A stretch of DNA of 64,000 nucleotides, from the NCBI GenBank assembly GCA_965655095.1, contig CBFHFQ010000365.1:1-64000 (forward strand). The letters are read 5' to 3'. Positions 51,901 through 63,511 of this stretch are shown one piece after another. Under the pieces are notes generated by a model that saw only the letters and a program-made list of their open reading frames with translations, made no database searches and was not told where the DNA came from. This stretch comes from Haplodiscus bocki. Lineage: Eukaryota. How positions within the stretch are numbered: position 1 is the stretch's first letter; every line of letters begins with the position of its first letter. The translations under genes were made by a program, and so were the position numbers.

Positions 51901-53560
51901 AACAAGAGCTTCAAGGAAAATATTTATCAAAGTCTACAGCCGTTGGTGTGCTCGGACTGTCAGGATTCCGACGCCAGGGACATTATCATCCCTTTCAAAA
52001 TTGAATTTTCCATCAAAAACAAAAACTTTTAGATTGAAAACCTAAAGCAATAAAACAGATCAGTATTAAGCGAGAAATTCTTGTTGAAATATCGAAAATT
52101 GTCCAAGCAAACCGCAGTTGTTTTGTATCTTCAATTTTTCTACATTCCAACGCAAGGAACAAAAACATTGAGTTTGTACGTTCAAAATCCCTATACCTTT
52201 GAAAAGTTTTTAATTGAGACCTAGATGAACGAACTCTAGTCTGTAGTTACGGAAAAACATGGGTTTGAAAACCAAGAAGAGCTAAAATGAAAAACATTTT
52301 GAAAATTTTGGACTAATAGGAATCCGATGCAAAAAACAGATTAAGTAAATTTTTGATTGAGCACTCTTTCACGAGAAAAACAGTCGAACAAGAGTTTAGT
52401 GGAAGTTTTGAAGCCTGTAGTTACGGAGAAAACAAATTGCCTCTCGGGAAGATTCAATAACAAAAAAAAACATTTTCGAAACCTCGGACTGTCATAATTC
52501 CGGACCAAGGTTCAAAATAGGGTTTTCAAGTCGAATATTCCTGTCCAAGTTGAACGTTTTCAAGAGAGATATGATAGATAAAGTAGCTTCTGGTCACGGA
52601 GAAGTTTGAATTTGAAAATCGAGATAAATCAGTTTTATTAGCAAATTGTGGAGATTTGGGACGCTCAAAAATGTCATGCTAGCTTTAAGTTAAATAATTT
52701 TCCAAACATGTCTTCCTCTATTTGTGCAATGCGTCCCACTCAAAACTTGACTGTTGTTAAGGGGATAAATCAATTAAGTCAGTATCTTTTGGAACTTTCG
52801 GATAATCACGAATCTGATGGAAGAATGAAAATAAGGGGCTTTATATTGAAACCTTTTTCACAGTTTTGAAGTTTTTTATGGAAACCTTGATAGAAAAAAA
52901 CTATTTGGAGAAAAAAGGAAAAAAAAATTAGTTTGAACTTGGAGAGGAATGAGCAATAATAACACATTTTGGATTCTTCGGACTGTCAGGTTTCTGAAGC
53001 AATGCACAAAAAAGAACTTACAATTCAGTGCTTTTGTTCATTTTCGGAAATATCAATTAGGACCTTGATGAAAGACCTCTTAACAGCACTTAGGGAGAAA
53101 TTTGAGGTTGAATCTCGATCAAAAACAATTTTGATGAGAACTTTCTGGATTTTTCTGTTTATCAAGATTTTCATGCAAGAATCAACATGACTGTTTTTTT
53201 AATCTTGTCATCCAGTACAAAAATGAAGATTTACTTTGAGAAAGAACTTCATGAGAAATATCTGGCTGGTAGTTATGGAGAAAAGGGAGTTTGAATATAA
53301 AACCATTGAAATTAACAGCACTTCTAGTACTTCTGTCCCTTCATGATTTTCATGCAAGTACTTCGAAATTGTTTTTTTATCGCAATGGTTTGCCACAAGT
53401 TGATTTTTTTTTGATTGAGACCTTGATGAACAAATTTATCAGCCTTATAATTTTGGAGATAGTTGATTCGCAGCATCGAAGAATTGCAAATTTCTTTGTG
53501 TGTTTGGGCATTCGCTTGATGTGGTGATCATAGAACGGTACGTTCTAGAAAAAATGACTT
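48941..53560 (+). mobile_element. Helentron-like element with roughly 18 degenerate ~175 bp repeat units (copy B)
   Basis: Starts ACAAGA plus hairpin ggcgc-agtc-gcgcc. The unit core gagaccttgatg(g)aaga...ctgtagttatggagaaa...tttgaaaatcg recurs near 49058, 49625, 49805, 49984, 50158, 51707, 52216, 52392, 52565, 52880, 53060, 53240 and 53417. Confidence 0.65.
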
Positions 53561-54339
53561 GAAAAAATGAATCTTCTGACCTGGAGAAGACTAAGATTGT
53601 TTGAGAAAACTAACAATGAAAGCTGGAAACAAGTTCAACCATTCACTCCAATTTTGTTCTAACAGTTTCATAATTTTTAAACCATTTTTTCGGGTTTTCA
53701 CAAAAACCGAAGGTTTCTTTTTCGTTTTTTGAGAAAGCTGAAGAAATAATGTACGGATAGTTTTTGAGAAAATGGAGCGCATTTATCATAATACCCTAAA
53801 CTTTGTCAAAAAGCTGTTTTTTTGCTGCTAAAACATGAGAATGTTTTATCGAGGGTCTGATAAAATGTAAAAAAAAGCTTTGGCTGGCAGAGATATTCAA
53901 ACCCTTCACCCCTGGCTTAATAACCGCGGTGTCTCCCTGAAACTTGGTTTATACAAGAGACCAACATTTCTGCTCTGCAACAGGCAAAATCTGTTCGTCA
54001 TGGGCAAAATCGAGAGAAGGAAGAGAACCCTCACTACCGAATTGAGAATTTTCCTTCTGGAAAATTTTTCGACGTGAGATTACAACCATTCTCTCTCATG
54101 TTTCGGTACAGGCTGAAATATGGGACTTTTTCGGAAGTAATTTGGTAAAGCAGAAAACAAAGCTGAAAAATTTGCTGTTCAATGATGACTGGTCGTGGAA
54201 GAGCTTTGAAACTGTAGCTCTAGATATACGAATTGTTTCGACAACTGATCTTACTAACTTTGTAGCATAGACTATGCGAATTGTTATGAACATTGATCCA
54301 CTAACACAAGGGCTATAAATAGATAACTTACATTAACTA

Positions 54340-55195
54340 ATTATATGCAATTTTGAATGGAGGTGCAAATGATAAACTACAGAAATAGAAGGAATTAACA
54401 GCAAAACCTAAAGTAAAAACAATCATAGAGAAACTGAGTAAACAAGGATTTTCACCATGATGGGAATCAGAAGGTTGAACCTATAACAGATCTTAAAAAT
54501 CTATCAAGAAATGTTGCAAAAGTTGACAAGATTCAGCCAGCGAAGTCAACTGCATATGGAAATCAAAATCTTATTGGAAGTATTGAAGAAAGATTAGGGG
54601 AGTTTGTTAGAATGAAGCAAAGCAACTTCAAACAGCTCAAAAACCTATACAATTCAGATAGTAGTATCGTTCGAACACTTGATTTTCTGCTCAATAAAAA
54701 AGTCAATTTAGATTACAATTTCCACGAAAATCGCTATCTTCTTGTCCTTCTATAAAACAGTGTGGTTCTCAAAACCTCAAAGCAATAAGAGAGTCTACTA
54801 TAACATTCGGAATTGATAACACTTTTGATCTTAGTGATCAAAATCTCTTCGATTTTTTATTTATCACGAAATTTGATAAAAATTTAACTAGCCTTCAAAC
54901 AAGCTTTTCCTCATAAGTGAGAAAGACAATGATACTAACCAGTTAGATAAAATGTCAGAGAGAGCTAGAATAATGAAAGAATCAGAAACCTACTTTGTGG
55001 AAAGAAGAAACGCGGTATCAATAATTTCGGGATTTTTCATCCCTCTGATCCAAAGCAACCAATGGGTACATTAGGTTTGCTTTACTATGAAGAAAGAGGT
55101 GGAAAGCAATCAAACGTTTTGAGCCAGGAAAGAACAGCGTTGTTAGATAAACGTCTAGACTGTGAATGTAGAACAGAAAAAGATCACATGTGTAT
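54340..55195 (+). pseudogene. Conserved Maverick ORF (DPNEL..RL.LL..GN-type C-terminus)
   Basis: EKLSKQGF..VEPITD (~54430-54490) and FIPSDPKQPMGTLGLLYYEERGGKQSNVLSQERTALLDKRLDCECRTEKDH. Confidence 0.55.
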
Positions 55196-55249
55196 ACTTG
55201 TGGAATGGATTCGTTGCAGGAATAAAAACACTATTTTCTATCTCAGTTT

Positions 55250-55700
55250 CATTTCTGGTACTGTGTTAATCTTCTTACTTCTTTTGCAATCGATCAGTTG
55301 TAAAATGGCCAAATTTTTCTTTTCATGCTCCTCTAAATATGTCTTGAATTTTATCATAACTCGTATCAAATGCTGCTATATTTCTTTTCCTAAATTAATG
55401 GCTTATCTGAGCTTGCTTGAAATGGGCTTTTACAATACAGTTTTTTCAAACTTTTTTTAAGAAGAGCAACCAATGACTCTGCTACAAAAGATATGAATCT
55501 TTGTGTCTGATTCTTTCTAAAAAGGATCAACTAGTTTTTCATGGCAATCTAAAATGCCACCGAAATTTTTAAAACACCCTATGCTAATTTTTCCTCCTCT
55601 AGATTGTAGTTATCAGTGTATTTTTCTGGATCAATTTTGATGAAATATTTTTAACAGAACAACTTACCACAAAGACTTGGAGCAACATGTTTTTATTTAA
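55250..55700 (-). pseudogene. Packaging ATPase of the second Maverick
   Basis: Walker A VAPSLCGK (~55665-55690), FGGILDCHEKLVDPF..RIRHKD..QS, RNIAAFDTSYDKIQDIFRGA*KEKFGHFTTDRL. Confidence 0.8.
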
Positions 55701-56100
55701 AGTTTTGAAGAGTGAACTAATTGAGGGCCTTCTACTTCATTGTATTCATCCGCTTTGCAATTATCAACTCTTGGAAAAGAGTTTGCTGTGCAAACATCAT
55801 TCTTGTGAGTTGACTTTGCTTTGCGGATATGATTAGATTGGATCTTCTCTTTAGTAAAAAAACAAACGAACGTATTTTTTCGAAAAATTTTTTAAAACAG
55901 TTTTTCATCTTTTTACAAAATTCAATAATACCTTCTGTACACGGCTTCATTAACTACTCACACATTCGGTATATGTATCAGTATAATGTCCTTTTATCTG
56001 TAAAAGTTATTCTGTATTTTTTAAACATACTTTTCAGTGATAGTGACTTCTGCATCTGTAATCGAAAGAGACCAAAATGAGTTCGACTGACTGAGCTAGT

Positions 56101-56520
56101 ACAAGAGGACCGGCTAGCACCGGTACTTTTTCCGCCTTCCCATTTTGCAAAGTAAGACTTTTGAAAATATGAAAACGTTTTTCGTTTCGAAAAAAAACAC
56201 TCGTCCGTCATCGTATTTTCTAAAATTTTCAAATTCAAAAATTTCCTGATAACGGTCGAAAAAAGCGGAAAATACAATTTCAAGGAAAAGTATCATTTGG
56301 TACGCATTCTGCAGCAAAGATGCCACATTTTGCAAATCTGTTAAAAAACCATTTTTTTCTGAAAACCCATCTAATTTTTCAAAAAATCCAATTTTTGAAC
56401 TTTTGGAGAAATATTACCAGCTCAGTCGCTTTCAACGGCAAATGTGCTACAGTTTGATGAAAAACGTGAACAAATATAAACAAAATTGTCAAAATCGGGT
56501 ACGAAAACGTTTCATTTGAG
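56101..56520 (-). mobile_element. Short Helentron-like insertion inside the second Maverick
   Basis: acaagagg-accgg-ctagc-accggt terminus, the reverse complement of the type of end seen at 43690-43722; lies between the ATPase region and the capsid remnant. Right boundary approximate. Confidence 0.5.
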
Positions 56521-57690
56521 CGGAAGATTTTTTCTTTTTTCCAAAAGTGGACTATAATAAGCTGTCAGATAATACCAAGTCAAAAGCAGTATTATCATGA
56601 ACATCGATGATAAATTCAAATTCTACTCATAATTGGCTGATTTCTTCTCCGTTCACTTATCAGAATTATAAAGTTACTATCAGTACTGAACATGTTCAAA
56701 TCTATATACGGTTTTAGAAAATTATCTGGAGTGTGGTTACTAAAAAATTCTGCAAAGCTACATGATCTTTGATTTTGTCATTTTCACTTTTAATCCAACT
56801 ATCTGCAGTTGATTCGGATTCAAATCTACCAACGGAAGACGAAATCTGGAAGATTTCAAAACATGTCTGTAATTCGAGTATCAATTTTAACTTTGAGCAT
56901 AAATCTTAATATTAACCAATTTGGATTAGTACTTCCAGAATATATGCCTAAAGTAAGGTTCCGATTAGCAATACTGTTGACACTTTTCCTAGAAGCAATT
57001 TTTTCTGGACAAAAAAATTCTTGGTAGTGTCTTCAATGAAAACTGATCAGCACTTAATTGTTGATTTTTTGCACCAGTGGCAAGTTATAAAAGACTTTTT
57101 GCTATACCTTTAAAAGCTTTTTTGCTGCATCTCCAACGGTTCTCCAACATTAATTCTAACATTTACTTCTATTGTAAATGTATAACCCAACCCAAATGTC
57201 ATCTTTCTTGAATAGCAATTCCGAAAATATAAATTATTCTCATTCTTGAGAAACAGTTTTTTTCTGTCGTATTTTCTGTCGAATCTTGTCAAAAATTTTG
57301 AAATGATTTATCGAAACATTACATTATCCCACTTGTTCCATTCTATTAGATCTTGTGAAAAGTTTATTCTCAATTCATATAGTTTGTACTTTTTCATTTT
57401 TCATGGATTTTTTCCCACTTAATGCAGTTGATGTAGAAACTTGTGCTTCACGCGAGAGTGCTAGAGTTCCAGTATTTAGTGAAACAAGTTGATCAAATCG
57501 GGATTTTTTGGTAAGGTTTCTTAAAACTTTCAAATCAAGTGGAATATTGCTGTTCTACAGAGATATTTAACTATACTCACATTGAGAACAACGATGGCTT
57601 GTTGTTCTTACTAATTGTTACTGAAATAGAAGGTGAGTATTTAGTGATATCCGATTGGGTCTGGATACTTGATGAGAAGTTTTTGCACTG
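56520..57690 (-). pseudogene. Major capsid protein of the second Maverick (near full length, decayed)
   Basis: QSDITKYSPSISVTI (N-terminus), RKMTFGLGYTFTI (~57180), PYIDLNMF..QPI..VEFEF..TAFDLVLSDSLL (C-terminus). Confidence 0.72.
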
Positions 57691-58787
57691 GAAAGTTAAT
57701 ATCCGTGGAAAACGAAGTAAACTTCTCGACTTGATATCACTAAAATGATAGGATTACAAGTTTAGTTGTAAATTATTTATTGCAAGGAGGGTAGTCTTCA
57801 ATCTCGAGGAGTTTTTTGATAGTTTCAGCGATCATTTTTTATTTGAGTTTGCTTTGAATTGAAGATATGTAAAAAAGCTGTAATTCTACAACTTTGTTCC
57901 GGATCAGTTTCATAATCTTAGAGAGTGTTTTCAAATTTTGGGAGAATAATAATAGAAAGTCTGTCTTTTCTGTGATTGTTCTTATACCTCTCTAGGACCC
58001 TACCGAGTACCTTTGTGACTAAGTTAATCGAAAATATTAGCTGTTAATTTGAAAAACGTCTCAATACCTGCTGGTTTTGGAATTAGTTTTGAACCATACC
58101 CAGTCGTTGACAGAATTATAACTGTGCCGCTTGAACCTTCAAGACTGTCATGCCCGCATGCGGAAATTATGAGATATCTACATATCCCTAAACTTACGGT
58201 ATGTTTTATATGTATGAAGCCATTAACATTACAAAGATTATGATGCAGTTTTTGTAGCCGAAAACGCATAGAGGTATATTTGCAATTAAGTTCTATCACT
58301 TCCCTTCCTCCCAGTATGAACGCGATTTAAGTACTACGTAAACAACAATATGTGTTATGTAGAAAGTATCGCTGAGCATAAAAAAGCATCACTATCCATC
58401 CATAAACATTGTGCTGGAACAATTCGTTGAAAATGACAAATTCCGATGAACGCTCAAAGTAACTAGAACTAGCAAAGAAGAGATCGGAATGCTCCAACCG
58501 GAATACCGTAAGCCACTACAAGTGCCCTCTGTAGCGCCTAGACTAAAAGGGTGAGAAAAGAGCCGGAATACATTTTCCATCGGAAAGTACCTGAATGATG
58601 TTTCCCTCCATCAATTCAATCCAAACGAGACAAATAGTAGAAATTAAAAGATCAGAGAACAAGTATTGACATTTAAAAGCCTGTAAGAAACACCGGAATG
58701 ATTTAAGGGACGAAACAAATTTCATTGGTTTACATCCGACCCGTGTGAACCTCCTACTATGCCGTTTAACAGCAGAAAAGACTTCAT

Positions 58788-58889
58788 CGGTTTTCATCCG
58801 ATTGATGAAAGCTCTTTTTATAGACTGACAAACTCTCTATACAGCCGTCAGCAATAGTACAACCGCTTTCATCAACCGGATGAAAACCG
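58788..58889. repeat. Short inverted repeat (25 bp arms, 1 mismatch)
   Basis: cggttttcatccgattgatgaaagc ... gctttcatcaaccggatgaaaaccg. Confidence 0.8.
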
Positions 58890-61800
58890 TGACTCAATGT
58901 GACTGCTAGAAAGATAACAGTAGCTGCTGACAATATTTAATTTCATCGTTACCCATTGAATTGATGTTGCATTAACCTAACTCAACTATTCATGAATTGT
59001 AATAGAGCTATGACACTCAACTTAGTAAGCAACATCGGAACTCATCAAACCTAAAATCTAGCTGACTTTAAATTACGGATAAAAGGGGTAGAGAAAGACG
59101 AAAACGATGAATTCCGATGAAAAATGGAAAAACTTGTTTTTGACGCAGATTAACAATGGAGAGATTTTAAGTATGGTGAGAAATGTGCTGATTCTCTAAT
59201 TTTCATTTGACTTAGTTTTTTTACGCATATGATTTGTTATATTCCGCCATATTGAATTCATGCTAATTCATTGCAGCAAATTTTCATAATTGCCACGCCA
59301 TGTATTTGTAGCCCCTGCGGTTGCGGTGGATTTGCATTTCACACCTTAAGTGCTTAATTACTTGTATCGCAAATGAATCAATGGGAAAGCAGCGATTGTA
59401 AGAACTAATGTTACCATCGGTGACGTGACCACGCGAATCCACAGAGCGGCGATATAACCTGAGTGCAATCAGTGCCAACGCTCGCGCTTGCCTGAACTAA
59501 CACATACCTTGAGAAGTGCCAATAATCTGATCTAGACTTGTTTCGGTTGTGTTTAATTAACATAACTTTTCATCTCTTAATTTTGTAAAATCCGCTAAAA
59601 TATTGCCACTATTTCAAATCACTAAATAACAAACATTAAGTCCATCTAAGTCAGGACATGATGTTTTATCGCCTGTTAAGCGTTTGATATTACTATGTCG
59701 GATAATATTGTGATATAAATCCAAGGATAAAGATTTTCCTGTCTTCTGCGTATGTAACATGAAGATGTATGCCAAATTTTTCTTTTGGAAACTCATCTTC
59801 AACTGTCGAAAAAGGATCGTAAACTTGATATTTGCGTGGAAAACTATCAAGCAAACATTTGTTTTAGTACACCTCAATCAGTGCACTTTTCGCAAATGGA
59901 TTGGGCTCGTTAATGTCAAAGTTTTGACCATATTCGATTTGGCTTTGCAGTCGATATTACAAAGTGCCTCGTCCTTTCTATGTTTAATTTTGTTTTCGAA
60001 ATTAATCAGCTCCAAAAAAATTGAAAAGTTGCGTTCACATCGGGAATAACGCTCAAATATGTGTTAGCTTCACTTCAAGTTTGTTTTGACGCGAACCTTG
60101 TTTCTCTAATTATTTCACTAATGAAATCAGGTAAATTTGAGCGAACAATTTTTTCGAGGCAAACAATTGAATTTTTGGGTCGATACCGAGAATCAAATTA
60201 ATTCTCTAAATTTATGCTAATTTCTCATCAACTTCCTGTATATCGATTCTTATAAAGTTGGCTAAACAAACAACAATCATCCTCCGAAAAATTCTTGTTT
60301 GCAAGTTTTTATTCGAAATTCCAAATTTTTGCATAGTCATTTAAGTTTAGTTGTGTTTCGTACCAGTGTCATTCTCTTGTTATGTTTGATTTTTTTAGTA
60401 ACACTTCTCCAAAATCTTCAGTTGAATTTTTGTTTCTAAAGCTTGGATTAGTATCATCAATAAGATCAATGATTGTATAAAAAGCATAATTCCAGTTTAT
60501 TGTATCACCTTTAGAAGATTATTTTGTTCAGTAGCAAATCTGACTAAATCACGTCGAACACATTGCAGCTTAGTTTTAACTGGCTGGTGCTTCAAGTTAG
60601 GATAAACCTACTTTTTTCTTCTCTCGGATCTACTCTTATGTTTTATTTTTGGTGTTTGCATGCAATCATCTATCCTTTTAGTTTCTTAGCGTGTCAAAGG
60701 TAAGCCTGTAGGTCTCTCAAAGAGAACTCTGTTCGTTCCGTCAAGTCTTTGGGTGAAAATTACTCCTCTATTTGTATAAATAAAATGATGCCAAGATAAA
60801 TGACTGATGATTTCAATTTCAGTTAAGTTTTCTGAAGACTGCAAAAAGCTTGATTTTCATGAAAGCTTTTTCTTAGCAGGAAAATTTTGTAGTAAAACAG
60901 TTTACTACTTTCTTATCCGGCGTAAAAACTACGGACTTTTCTGGGACTTGCCTCCAGTACAAATCTTGAAGCAAATTGTTTCGAAAAGCAACTGAAATTT
61001 AAAATATGATAGAGAAGTGTCTTAATTTAACGGCTCTGTAAAATTGAAGCCCTATATGGGCAAACAAACGACTTTCAATTTGTCAATTTTTGTCAAATTA
61101 GTTAATATTAGCTTGATTTTGAATTTATTTTGCGGAAATAAAGTCAAAAAATTGTCGGACCGCTACAAACTTTGTTGCGATAGAAGAGAGTGTTTAAGTA
61201 AACCTGTGCAAATTTATGTCTATTTTGAGCTATACATACGACTCTTCTCTCTTGGAGCTCTATATAAAGATTTAATGACTTAGAAGATGACAAACATTGT
61301 GTCTAAATGGAGAGATACAGCGAAAATTAATCGGACCACAGACAAACTTAGCGTGCGTGTGAAAAGTCATAGTCTTTCCATTAAATTTGTATAAGTTTAG
61401 GCAACTTAGAGCCCTGTACGCGGATAGAAACGGCCCATAATTTGAAAAATTTGTTCGTTTTGGCCAAAATTAGTTTGGCTATGAACTTTCTACTGAAAAC
61501 AGAGCTCTTAAAAAGTTATCAGACCGCAGTCAAAATTAAGTGTTGGATGGAAGAGTCTGTTTAACCAGTCTGTACATAATTCAAGCATTTTTCAGCCCCA
61601 CATGCGGAAAAACATGACTTATATTCTGAGAAATTTCGTGACCATTGACAAAAACAGTCCGTTTTCGAAGAAATTTCCGCAAAAGAAGCATCGCAAACAC
61701 GTCGGAACAGCACCAAAACTTACTCCGTGATAAAACAGAGTATCCACAGTTAGGTTGCGGAAAAAATAGGCATTTTGGAGGCTTACATGCGGGAATACAC

Positions 61801-63511
61801 GACCTATATTCCGACAACTTTGTCAATTTTACCAAAATTTGTTCGGTTTACAAGTTTCTCTTGCAAGAAATCTTTGGAAAAATAGTCTGAGCCCAACAAA
61901 AACTATTGAACTTTGAAAGAAATATTTTCCACAGCCTTGTCGAAGCTGCAGTCTTGCTGCTTGGTGGAACTTTTTTGGGTGAAAACACATTTAATAAAAC
62001 CAATTTTGCTTTCGGACTTTGAGGTAAAAAATTAAAAGCTTCAAAAATGCTTCCTATTTGTCCAAAGGAACGTACTGGGAAAAATCTAGATTTTGGGAAA
62101 AAAACAATTTTTTTTACTTTTTTTTTATATAACAATATATATTATATATTTACCAGCTGTCGCAGCACGTCTGCGAAGCCTGCAGACAGACGATCCCAGC
62201 AGTAAAAGACATCCCAAGTCCATCAAGCAGGAATTAGAAACTTGAAAACATTTCAAACTTATCCATGAACTCTTAGGCTCATCATTTATCCATTTAAACA
62301 CTCAACGCATTATGTAATCATTAATTCATATTTAAGGATACGTAGTAGATACGTATCCACCTAGTACGTACACATGTAATTTATGTGGACGATACGTAGT
62401 AGTTACGTATCGTCCCATAACATTTAGTTCATGTAAAAAGCACGTATCCGATACGTGTAATTCTGGTGAACTCATCCTTATTGGGACGGAATAGGTGCGG
62501 AGCAAACGAATATTCACTGTATTTTTATATTAATTTTAGGTGCTTTTATCTATTTAATCTAACTAATTATTATATAAATCCACCTTTTTGATTGTGCAGT
62601 AATCCATTTAGATTGACAGCTTTAACAAGTTTCAATAGCTTGACTATTAAGAACAGTGCTTGACTTTAAAAGTGAATATTTGTTCCGTATGTGTTCCGTC
62701 GCAACTAATCTGGTGACGTCACTAGAATTTCAGCCAATCCGCTGTGCTACTACGCTGTTTCACTTTGGACGGACACGGGACGTCTACGTAGCTACCAGAA
62801 TCATTCTCCTCAGTAGCACTGCGGAAGGCAGTGCTACAAGCGGCTACGTAGCCGCCACGGAACGCTCCGGCCAAAGTGAGGCCTGAGCTGGTAGAAACGT
62901 GGAACGGGCTAGGAAATACGCCTAGTTTGTTCCAAACAGTGGTTTTATTGATGCAGCATGTAATCATGAATCTTTTATATTATAAACCTCATTTTTCATA
63001 CTTTAGATTATTTTTCGATTGTATTATAGTATTTATTCCTTGTATGGAAATAACTTTGATCTTTTGTTTATGTTTTTATTTATTATGTCGGCGCGGGAAT
63101 GACCACTTTGATGTCCATTTCTGACGGATCGGACCGTACCTTTTCCTGTCGAAAGATGGAAAAGACGCGGTCCCTGAGGGAAGAAATGGACGGAAGGGTG
63201 TTTTTTCCCGCCAGAGTTGTCATCCTTTCTCTTTGATAGATAATATGATTAAAGTATTTTTCCCTATTTGTACCTTGATCTGGCTGTAAAAAATTATGTT
63301 TCCCGCCAAGGAAAGGTATATATAGGAGAAATAAAAGTACAATTATTATTATATAAATTGTAGCCTTTCGGTATTGTACCGTTCTTTAAAAATTACTTGA
63401 CTGTTTGTATTCATCAAAACTTTTCCCTCATACTAAGAGGAGATCGTTACTGATAATAAAGATAAAATTAAATTCAGCCTTCATCACTGACAAGATTTTC
63501 CCTGAAGAAAT

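Larger units (their letters stand above)
54050..57700. mobile_element. Fragment of a second, divergent Maverick/Polinton
   Basis: Remnants of the DPNEL-motif ORF (+), packaging ATPase (-) and major capsid (-); no termini, PolB or integrase recognised. Confidence 0.8.

Noticed and set aside
58049-58506. Host exons (GTATGT donor at 58199, GTAAG at 58507)
   Set aside because: No recognisable homology, no clear acceptor, and an in-frame stop in the second segment.
62711-62720. TGGTGACGTC (also at 39627) as the primer-binding site, implying a ~500 bp LTR
   Set aside because: It is not preceded by CA, and the TGTCG..CGACA termini plus the CTAGT duplication show the LTR extends to 40845.
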